Shown piece by piece: positions 14,001 to 26,000 of a stretch of 64,000 nt of DNA. Location of the stretch: NCBI GenBank assembly GCA_002633005.1, contig NMRA01000344.1, positions 62,001-126,000 of the forward strand, written 5' to 3'. A program made the translations under genes and the position numbers. The DNA comes from Phoronis australis (taxonomy: Eukaryota > Animalia > Phoronida). Position 1 is the stretch's first letter, and every line of letters starts with the position of its first letter. The notes under the pieces were generated by a model. The model was not told where the DNA came from, ran no database searches, and saw only the letters and a program-made list of their open reading frames with translations.

Positions 14001-17000
14001 TCTAGTTTTTATTTATGGTTTCAGGTAGGAGTAGATTATTTTGTTGTCGTACCAGTGCGCAGAACACCAGTATGCAAAATATGTTATGTTCGTTTCAAAC
14101 CATGTCTGCAAAATCGGGGTGCTGGACAACACTCCCCCGCCCAGCCAGCGAGGCATATCTTTTGGTCATGTGCAAAACTATGCAACACAATAGCCCCTGT
14201 ATTGTAATTGGTCTACTATCAGAAGGAGAAATTGCTTTGCTTAGGAAAATTATTTCTCTACGTGTATGTGATTAATACTTTTTATTCATTCAGTTAATAC
14301 CAAATACATGTGTGTGCTCAGCTCACTTCACGAAAGATGACTACATCTTCAAGGCGACCATCATGGAGAAGATCTTAAAGGATGGTGTGGTTCCAACCAT
14401 TTTTAACTGGAGCAAAACAGGCGTTGTCAGAAAGCGAAGGTCACCAAAAAAGAGATCTTTGTTGATACTCTGGGGTATGCTATATCCAGGAATTAAATTA
14501 CATAATAAGCGTAATTTTTGGTGGGGGTGGGACTGTAACCACTGTACTCGATCAATACATTAGTGTCAATTTTTACATTCTTACCATTACGACTTAAAGG
14601 AGTGTTGCCAGCCATAGCTCCGGTAAAAACTATTTTCTAATCTATCTGATACTATCACTGTAACGATAGGCGGGACAGTATTTAAAGCACGTCCTCTGAG
14701 CTACTAATTGTGCTCTTTTTTATAATCTTAAAGGAGCATTAGGCTGAACCCAGTTTCGCCTATTGTCAGTTATTGAGTGTCATTAATGCTTTATGTGGGG
14801 TAATCATCATATGCCGATCAACAACCACCAAATCAATGGCTACCTGACTTGAAGCACTCATGTCCCTTTAGAAATATTTTTCGATTCCTGTTGTTTCCAC
14901 TTCAGAATCTCAACTTTGCGACAAGATGAATCGGATGTGGTGGACGTGGCAGAACCTGTGTTAGATAGACCCGTTGTGCAGAGTTTAGTGAAGTTCTGTG
15001 TCCCCCTGTTTGTTGCGACCACGACTATTGGATGGTTGTGTCATTACTGATGTTGTGTAGCATATGTTGTGTCATAACGTAAAGATTCAAACAAATGCGG
15101 GGTCTAAAGCCGGGCACGCTGAAATAAATAAATGCTGGGTCTCTAATAGACGCCCCCCTCTGAATAACAAAATGTGTAACAGATTTGCGTACAAAATTTC
15201 ACTGTGATGCCATGTTTAAAAGATCATGTTGTACCACGATTTTAGATCGGACGAGTAATAAGGACGAACTTTTAGTTTGCTGTCGTATGATACATAGGCC
15301 TACTGTTTTGGCTGGCCATAAGACTGTTATAAATTAACGCTGACTCTAATAAGTACCTCCCTCTAGAAGACCCCTTGTCTGGAGCACGTCTGAAAAAAAT
15401 AAATGCCCCGGTGTTGATTACAAGCCTTACGGTATATATGTAAATAGACTTTATACTATCAAAAGGTTTTACAAAAGTATTTGAATAGAATATATATGGA
15501 AAGTGTATTAAACAATAGAATTTTAAAAACCACAAATGCTATTTTATTGTTATATACAGTCCAGTGTATTTAACAGTACTTCAACTCTTGCAAGCATTAG
15601 CCACCAACAGCTCCTTCAGGAAGTGGTTGTAAAAACTGTCTAGCTTAAGTTTCATTCCATTGAAAAGTCATTGTCAAAATAGCTCTGTTCACAATGGAAT
15701 TCATCGTGACACATAACATAAAATTCACACCACACTGCCCCTGATATGCCCAGCTGGCCCATCACTTTATCAAAATACATGTGCGTTTTTCTTAAACTGT
15801 AACCATCGTCATTTTGGCGCAAGTACGCCAATTCAGCCAAAGTATTTTTCGTGCTGCATTTCACTTCCAGCAGACCCCAAGACGGTGTCTCGTCGGGATC
15901 AAAGACACGTCTGTCAGGGCTGCAACCCAGATGGGGAGCTGTGAGATTTATGATGAATCCTACTGGATGGACCTCCACCGCGAACTGGCATACCTCTCTA
16001 CAGCAACACCTTCATTTTCAATGCCAAATGCAATGTCTGCTGAGACGATACGTTTCTTAGATATCCAGTCTTTTGCTAACTGGTCATAATTTGCTCTGCG
16101 CGAACACACACTTTTAAATTTGAATGCAGTAATGCGCCACTCTCGAAGTTTGTGCCACTCTGGACAAATGGACTGTGACCGAGTGTCCTTTTCGTATTGT
16201 TGGCTTTCCTCTATGGTAACAGCAAGAGACTTGAGGATAACTGCTGCCTTATGATTCACTTCAAATTGATTGCCAGTGATGTCAGGTAGGTGAAAAACTG
16301 GTGGGGTTGGAGGTCCAACAAATACCGGAAACGGCACATGTTCCTGTTGATACGAAAGTACAGACCCCTTTGGTACCACTCCGAGTGACGACTCAGTTAA
16401 CTGTTCGTTTTCTTCTTCATCTGACCTTATCTGAAGCCACTGAACAGGTGGATTGTGAGATTTCAGAGTTGGCATCAGCTTTCCTTTTAGGTTGATAGTG
16501 TACAAAGGTACAGTGACAGGGTTGTACACCAGTAATGTGATGCCATCGGTGTGGTGCTTTCTTGACTGCGAGGGGAGCTTCGGTTTCACTACACGCACAC
16601 TAGTTGTGGGCTTGGGAGCAATTCCATGGGTCCTTGGGGGAACATGCCACATTTGTGGCTGTGATGTTGAGCTCAGGGACCTTCTTTAAACGCAAGCTCT
16701 GATAGTGAGACACTTGGTATAAAAGGGCTATAGCGTGAGAGCACAGTCGTTTGCCAGCAGTGCAGGTGAAGATGTGTGTCATTAATGACACTGCACCAGA
16801 ACCATTCAGAGTAATCTGAAATAATAAAACATTAATCATGTTGACATCAGGAAGTCACACTGATAACTTTCAGATTCCATTCTAACCTGGGATTAGTGAT
16901 CTGCTGTAATGATTTTTTAGGAAAATTAAAAATTTCCATGGGAGTCGACTCGATAGTAAGAGGGGCACCATAATTTCATTTTTTACTAGCAGTCCTTGAA

Positions 17001-20000
17001 AAAGGTCACTAATTCAACTAATAAAAAATAACTGGCAAGAGTTCAGAAATATTTTTGAAATTAAGATCACTGATCCTATTAATAAAAAATACTGGCCTTA
17101 GGCAAAAATATTAGTTTCACTAAATCATATCACAATATCATAATCCATAAATATATTATAAATGAGATATATTCATTTTTATATACTTTCCCTTTTTATA
17201 CTATGGTTGTGACCCATAGATAATTAGCCATCCTTGTGGGCGCGCGCAATCAACATAACTTCAGCATAATTCGTTCTAAAATAAAAGTAAAAAGTTGGCC
17301 AAGTAGGCACTAATGCACACTATCTCCCAAAATACCTTAATGCTATGCGGGTTTTCAGACTTCTTCATCCTCCTGTAGCACTTGCAGCGCACTTCACAAT
17401 TTTCTCGTTGACTTGACATGACTGTAAAAAAACACAGCAATACATTTTAAGGTTGCTGATCAGCTGACTGACCCCAGCAACGCAAATGCCTACGACATGT
17501 GCCTAGAACAGTCACCTTGCTAAGAATAAAATTATATGCAATCAACGTTGAGGCGTGTTAAGAATGCGTCATTTTATACAAACTTCCTATCATGTAATGT
17601 TTTGAACACGTAACGTGAGAGTTTTTATAGTTCATTTCCGTATTAAAGCCTATGCGACCGGCAACTGCCCGGCCGAAGCGTGTATCGAGCCTAATTTTGA
17701 ATAATATTTACCTTCGATTTCGTGGACGTAAGAATCCCAAAAGAACCTGTAAGGTTTTTGAATTCCACTTTTGGGAGTTTGCGAAAAAGTGGGTACCATT
17801 CTGTCGATATCCTCGTGTTTAATCGTCGGCACATTCGTGAGCAATTTACCCCATACACACTCGTCAGACGCCATTTTTCTCAACTCAGGGACAAGAAGCC
17901 TCGTTTTCAATGGGGTCGACAGTAGCGCCGCTGAAGTGTGCAAGTAGTGAATTGCTTGGAGCTTTGCTGACTTTAAAGGAGCTTGTCGCCGTCGTTCAAA
18001 TATGTGAAATTTGCCTTGGGGTCACGCTCATCCTGTCGTGAATTGTCGCCGAATGAATTGGCAACTCAAGTCGCAGGCAGTGCGGGTTTGTACCACGTTC
18101 GAAATCACAACCTCAATACATTCTGATATGTTTCCGTGAGTCACCATGATGTTCTCAATGTCCTTGATGGTAGGTCCTAATGGAATCTTACGGAGCTTCA
18201 AGTCTGCCAGTACGTAACACGTGCGGGTATTACACGTCGACGCGTTCGTGTTGACTCATTTTCCGGTTAATCAATTTTGCAACGGTTAATGCACGTACTG
18301 CAAATACTAGTTAACACAACCGCTGAACCACTTCACCCTAACCCCAAAAGTCGCTTGGCCTCAAGTCATATGATTGGCGTGAAGTGCCAGCCGCATGACA
18401 TTCCTTGTTACACAATGACATCGCTGACTGTTGTACACACGAAGCCCCTGCAATTCTTTCTAAATGTAGTCAGTTTGCCGGATGTCAACCACTTTCGTGT
18501 TCAAGACTGAATTTCACACGTTAGTAGAGAGGTGAAGTGGGTATATTAATTTCGCGATTTTGTGAATGGACTGCCTCAGTTCATTGGCTCGGAAATCAAT
18601 TCAAAAGTTCGCCAAACACTTACACGTCTAAAACTTGCACGTGTAAACGTGTAAACCTCGCATGCGTAAACGTGTAAAACCCACACGTATTACCAACTGA
18701 CAGGTTTGGAGTTCCATATAAAGTGAATCATGTCACGATGAGCAACTTGCACGGTTTTACATGAGTAATAGCCACGTGTCGATTTCCGATGTTGGAATCC
18801 AGCTTAACCACACAGGCCATACTATTCTGCCAGATTAACAGTCAAAATCAAAAATAGGTTTCGAAACAAAGCAGATTTACAACGCATGTACCATTATGCC
18901 AATGGCATAGGCCTACTTATTTCAAACACACCGCAAACCACTTTGTTCCGGCACTTGATCATGAACTATGTTCGTAAAGAATTTGGGTCTTATTTGAACT
19001 AACTGTTTCTTGTTCAGTAATTGTCATGGCTTGTAGGGGCACCCCTTTTGAATTTTACCCGAATTCCAAACGCTGTTGCCTTGTTGAGTGTTGCATTCGT
19101 TCAACTTGATGTTTTGCAGTAAATTCATTAAACCCCCGGAGATATTTAGCACATCCGGTCAGATGTTTGGTAAATAAGAATTACACTTTACACGGGATGC
19201 TTTAACTCATACTTAACCTTATTGGTTCCGCACTGTGTTCCATTTGGTACTAAGCCCAAATCAGCCGAATTTCCATCCCTTACAAATAGGCCTACCACAC
19301 TAGAACATCCGTCGGATTCGGTCACGCGGCTTTTGGAATATCGTGCACCGGAAACAACTAGAGATCCCGAGGTGCCTGCACAGTGCAAGCGTCCACATTT
19401 CACGTCTCTGTGGGAATAGATTCTATCACTATCATCGTTGTTTAATTAGCTAAAACAATATTATGTACACAAAAGTATCACTACATAGTAGTGGATAGTA
19501 GCAATAAATGATGGTAGTAGGTGGTGGTTGTAGTCGGTCACGTTGTTTAGCAGCAGCTGCGGCGCCGGCAGCCTCACTAATCAGTAGTACCGAGTCTCAT
19601 GTAATACGAAATTATTCTTGAGCGAAAACACAGAGTATCGTTGCGTTTTTTATGGTGTACTTACAATGGATTGATATGCATATGTGGAATATTTTGTGCA
19701 ATTTCAATGAATGTTTTTCCAAGAAATAAAGGTTAAAATTCGAAATCTTATTTTTGACCACCCGATATAATGGACAAATAGTGATTTTTCGCTCTGGAGT
19801 TTTAGCCTCCATCTTGAATTTCATATTAAATACTGATCATCTCTTAATTTCAAGCACACCAGTCAGTTGCTCACCCCTTAAAACTCCAGAATAGAACCCA
19901 AAATTATGTCTCTATCTCAATTATTGAAATTATATATATATTTTTGGTGATATCGAAACGTCTTGGCGGCCATCTTGGAAATGACGCAGTTTCAACCCAT

Positions 20001-23000
20001 TTCCGGTGGTCAGATTTCGGTAGACTTTTTTCCTGTTAACAAGGCTTCCCAGTAGAGCATAAAACCACTGTAAAACCTTTTGCTGCAATTTGTCGTGGGT
20101 CAGGTGGTATATTGACACGTTAATTTGGAATACAATTCAACTTAATTTAGAGACGAGTCTTGAATAGATTTCGAAATGGCCACATCGATAGCAAACATTA
20201 TAAAAATGAAATATAACTAATTTCCTGTTCGACTGTGACTATCAATTAATATCTAAAACAGAATACAATTATCAACATTTCTAGTTATTTCTACAGGTCA
20301 AACGCCTCCGCCAAAACCAACGATATGAGACTACCATTAATCACTTTGTACTTTAAGGAAGTTATAAATTGGATGAGATGCATTACCATTTCCGCTCACC
20401 GTTCTCTGAATCATATTAGGAACAACGAACCAATCAGAGGCTTTACAGTAGCGAGCAAGAAATCAATGCATGATAAGCAGACGATACAATTGGTTTGTGA
20501 AAGTGGGGCATCTGGGAACAATTGCGTTAAATCTTAGTCCGGAAAAATATCCGAGTCTCACTGGTTAATGTGAAGGCGTCTAGTTGTCAACACACATGTA
20601 TAACCGAAACCATCTTCCTTGTAGGGACTCAGTTGGCCACAAAAATCCATTAAGAGCATATGTATACATTTCAGTAGAAATATGGTAATGTTGGTCAACT
20701 TAATTTTAATGGAAAGTAGAAACTACTTTTTTAACTTCATTATCTGCTCAAAACATAACAAACCACAATATCTACAATGCAACTGTTACGTACTGAGAAG
20801 AACATGGAATAAAGGAATTTGTCCTTGAGTCATGCCCACAGTCGCCCGTGGCGTCGCCATTCCTGTTTCTTACCAAGCACGCAACACCAACCGACGCCGA
20901 CGACCCCCAGAGAAACTGACAACGTTCCGCATTGGTGTTGCATTCGCCGTTGAAGCAAAAAGCCTGGACAGAATCACGGTTAGATATTAAAATGCGCCCA
21001 CCGTCAACAGTTGTTTGATTAACATTGCCCTGTTTACAGTTGACAAAAACCGACGCGTAGTTATCCCTGAACATAGATCGGTGGGACTCGCTTAGTTAAT
21101 CTAAAACCAGAATGTCTCACACAGGCTATGATACGCAGTAAAATGTAACAATTTCGTCAAATGCAACAACTGTTACATTTTACATCATTGACACATTTTA
21201 CGTTGCTAGGCCTCTCCTGAACCTAATCAGCAGTTACGTTTTATGGAGCTGCTACAATTAAGGTCGAATGCACATGCGAGAAATGTACCATACATTTTAC
21301 AAAAGCGAAGTCATATTTCATGAGTTTGCATAGCATTTGTCACAAGATGGAAATCGGTTTACATATTTAACGGATTCTTTCTCGGATTGTTTTAATGAAA
21401 CTATGTCAAATGTGCCAGCTCGTGTTTGTTATGTGTCCCTATGGGCTTCCTATTGTTTTTAACATGAATAGTTTCTTCGCATAGTAAAGCTTCAACTCCA
21501 GGCGAACGCAGTTCCCAGGATCTGGTAACAAGTTTTTGCCCCCATATATTTATAGGTGGGGGCATATTGCCGTCATCTCTGTCTGAGCGTCCAGTTGTCC
21601 AGCTTCAGCGGCTGTATTTCCTAAGCCCCTTGCAAGATCTTATAGAATTTTGGCAGGCGTGTTCTTATGAGATTGACGACAGCTGACGATGACCGACCTC
21701 AATACCGCTGTGCAATTTTAGTGTTTTACGTTTGGCACTGTAGGCTTAAAGCTCATCAACCGATTTTCATGAAATTTGGCACATTAATGAGGTGACGTTA
21801 TCCTCCCATTTCCAGATGGATTCCTGGGCCCAGTTGCATAAAAGTTATATGACGTATAGAAACAATGACGTCGCATTATCACGTGTCTCCTAAGTCCTCT
21901 GTGGGGTCTTTATTAAATTACAGTAGTGGTGGTAATAGTAATAAAAATGATAATGAGTAGCCAAATTCAAACCTTGTGCCACTTTCGACAAAATACTATC
22001 TAAAAGGTGCGTTTTCTGAATTTCTGGAAGGGAGAAATGTGATTTTTTACTCAAAATTACTCTCAAAATGGGTCCCTTATTGCCTGAGCCCACTCTCTAA
22101 ATGGGTAGGTATCTAAAATTTTCGGGCTGTAGCTCTCGTCCAAAAAATACCGTGTCAGTACCACTAGCTCGTGATTTTAGTCATTTTCTTTGTAATATGA
22201 CGTTGGTTTCGTACAATGTAACAGTGTTTCGTTTTTCGTATGGACATTCGACGTAAAACGTAACATTTACGTACTAAACTGTAACAACGTGTTCATTTAA
22301 GGAAAGGTTTAGCAACGTAAAATGTAACGATGACAAAAACTGTTGTCACATTTATTGAAATTGTTATATTTTATGGCGTATCACGGCTATCGCTAATATG
22401 GCAATTCCGTGGTATTTAGTAGCTGCGCCCACCTTGTCCAAGTAGATAACGTTCTTGAAATGACATATTTTGTGAAATTGACTGCTTCTGATATAAACGA
22501 AATTTCAATCACGCGGTTGTGCAAACGGTCATGTTCAAAGAGGTTACTGTTACAAGAATTCCTTATGTATCGAAAAACAATTCCATACGTTAAATAGAAG
22601 TATAGTTCTAACAGACAGTTGCGACAGAGCGGTTATTTTCCTAGTAGCAAAATACAGTTCCAGCTTCTATATTACTTTAAAGATTCACAAACCGTGTTCT
22701 CAGCACAGACAATGCCATTCATTTTGTAACGATCCTCGGGACAGGCACTAGATCGTCCGCTACAATATTCCGCTAGGTCGCATGCACCTGTCGCTGGTCT
22801 GCACATTGCACCTTGGCCTTTGTACTAAAATAATCCAGAAACCATATTTTTGAAGACATCCACTTTTCATCTGATTTATGTAATGCGGAAAGCTTTGGCA
22901 GTCTGAATGCACTATCTCTCAGATCTTAGTAACTGCATGCAAACGGTGGCTTTGGAGTTAAATCAGATGATCTGGCGTTTTTGCTCGTTTGTTCAGGTAG

Positions 23001-26000
23001 CCGGCTGTATTTCCGTTGGAGTTCTCCTCAAACAGATGTCAGATGACATAAATTGACACTTAATCAGGCTTTCCAGAAAATTTGATATGGATAGATTTTA
23101 CACAGCACTTTCTTCAAGGTCGCCTGTTATCGACATTATTTCCCCTGTCACATTTAGGGCCTTCCGAAGCGACCCAAAGATGACAACACCTTTTAGTTAT
23201 ATCCTCTCCTTTTGACAGAAGGTCCACGTAAATTATTCCATTCTAACTTATATCTGTCAAATATATAATTGTGAGAGCTGATGCAACCAATAAAACAATC
23301 CCAGATGTGTGAAAAGTTCATATTCAAGACAGTTTATTGTTCATTTGCCAGAACGCGGGATCTTATTCAAACTGACCAGCAGGTTGGTTCAAATATCTGG
23401 TCAATTGTATCCTACAGCATTTCACTGGATAGCAATGACGAAATATTTAATACGTAAATATTTTGGCAATCATAACATGATCAGTATGAAATTGAGGTTA
23501 CGCTTACATTTGACACAATTCGACGTAAATCTATTAGCGCCATATTTTAAAGTCCACGAGGTCATGTTGCCAATCTGGAACGAAATTTTAAAGAGCAATT
23601 TTTCGGAAAATTTTGAGTGCCGGCATAAATACTTTTGAGATCTGTAAGACCTCAACATGGTGTTCCACTTGAAGGGATATAAACGAGGTTTCGCGATAAG
23701 GTGAAGATTTTGTGTCTTTTTGCTAAGTTCGGAAAACTTCTCACGAAGTATTTACCTGACACGTGTCATAATCACAGCATCCACCGTGGGCGCACCTTGC
23801 ACCTTTCACCAACCGGCAGGTATACGGATGGCAGCACTTGTTCGTGCATTCGTTCGGCAAACCACAGTCGCATTCTTCACCTGCATCGAGTTTACCATTC
23901 ATACACGTCCCTAATGTAACCTGGATAAATTTTGAACAAGTAAAACACAGACAAGTAGTATACTCGCATATACAGTCAGTTTATAAAGACGGCATGGACC
24001 AGGCAAGGAAGAAAAGTATTTTTATGTGAATTTGTTTTCTTGTGAACAACTTAATAATCTGGGAACTCGCGCTGCCACCGGAAAATAACCCAACATGATA
24101 CACGTACCAATATAAGTATTTTTCTCATAAAGCAACTAACATTATCAAATCAAAAACAAACCGCATGACGGTCGCAGTTATCTCCACACGTGACAACATC
24201 CCTCATCGATTTGCATTCCTGCCTTAGGCAAATCTGCAAACAAAACTGTACATGAGTCGTGATCATTGTTTTCTAGTACAGGCAAAGCACTCTGGTCGTC
24301 TTTTGAAATACCCCACCCCAGTAAACAAATAACAGAAAAAATAGAACTTAGTTATGCTACAAACAAAGGTAACACTTGTGTAAGTGACAGTTCATCAACC
24401 CTAATACGCTATGACAAACGCATTAGCTTAATAGAAAGTTATATAACCATCTCAAACGTATTACTCGGTGACCGGTATTTTGTTATGAGACACAAAGCAT
24501 GCATTTGGTATTTCATCTCAAACTGGTGCCGTCAGCTGATCATAATCCAATAAACCTACATGTAATTCACGCCGACAGGACGCGCGTTCCAAAACGATAG
24601 CTCTGTTGGCTTATCGGCATAGTTGCATTCAGCGATGCTTGAACACATAAAAAATACGGACTCTCAACTGTACGTTTTACAATCCCTCGGGACGTTGAGA
24701 TTCGGAAGCGATGGGTCGCTGCCATACGCCGGAACGAAGGAAAATATGTCCCGTGTAAAATTTATAAATGTTTTCGCCAAGTTAGACCATATTTGTCACA
24801 TCTCGGTTGCCGAGCTTCATAGCAACGACTGGAGAATCTTCGGCCAGCCAGGCTGTGCTTTCACGACTACGGGTTGAAACATGATGCATTTTTCTTTCCA
24901 AGAAGCAAGGTACCTAAACTACGCGGTCAACGTACCCATAAACGAGGGCACGGACGCATAAACACGACTCATGGACTTGCAAACACCGACCACTGACTCA
25001 AAAACACGGGAACGGACTCACAAAACACGATCCACGCACCTAAATACACGGGACAAGGACTCATATTCACGAGGAAACACGGTTAACGGACCGCCAAACA
25101 CGGGTCATGGACTCATCGGCTTCCTGGGTCAGCTAACATCTCCATTTTGTCCGTAAACCGTACTATTGCATTACAATAGGATGAGGAAACTGCTAAAGAT
25201 GAACCGTCACTCACATGAAAATGATACATGGTATTGTTTTCGTTTTAAAAGGACGCCAGTAAAACCCTCCACAGTACCGAAGCGTTAATTACAACGTCGT
25301 CACAGTCTCAAACAATAGTTATTTAGAATTATTAAAGGAGAATGCCACCCAAAACTCAACCTATTTTGTTTCAGTTTAGATCGAGTAGTTCTACTCGATA
25401 AAGGCACAATCAACGGCAGACAGAGGTGTTGAATTTATCCAAGGACGTCATTGGTTTCACACGCAGTCTGTTCAGCAGTTAACAACACGGGTTACTGTAC
25501 GGGTTCAACTTATCACTTGAATTTATCGTTTAACACCAATAAATCATCAAACGTCGATGTAAAACCCTTAAAAATATACCGAGTTCTTATAAAAACGTGT
25601 TGCTTTATTTCGCTGTTATTGGTATTTGGACACACGGTAGCCAGCAAAGTTCGGCAGGCCAATTTACCGAGGTCCGTAGCAGGAGTTTGGGGTCTGTTCG
25701 GAGATAAATTCGAAGTACTCTTCCTTAAAATACAGACAGGAGAACCTAGATCTGTGTTGTTATACTTGTGATTTTTTGAGTTCTAAACACACAAAACATT
25801 TGTTATCCCGGCCCGGGAACCCGATCAGGCCCGTAGCGGTCGCCGGGACTGGTACGAACATAAACCAGCTTGAGTTGGAAACTAAACCTCCAGTCACAAA
25901 AAGACTATAATAGTGAGCTAAAGAAATAAGGTGCACGTAATTATTTATGTGAATTAGCCACGAAACTCAGTGAAAATCTACTTACTTGTCGGGGGCCGCG

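Larger units (their letters stand above)
13287..17954. mobile_element. ISL2EU-like DNA transposon, internally deleted (THAP gene on +, YqaJ exonuclease gene on -)
   Basis: Terminal inverted repeat ctattcaccacttgcacgc / gtgtgcaagtagtgaattg (16/19); two convergent spliced genes; THAP plus lambda-exonuclease pairing is characteristic of ISL2EU. Confidence 0.75.

Noticed and set aside
23921-24161. Possible missing second-half EGF exon (a GGS triplet is present)
   Set aside because: No CxC/PPxC pattern in an open frame with usable AG/GT borders; read-through from the previous exon stops after VCF.
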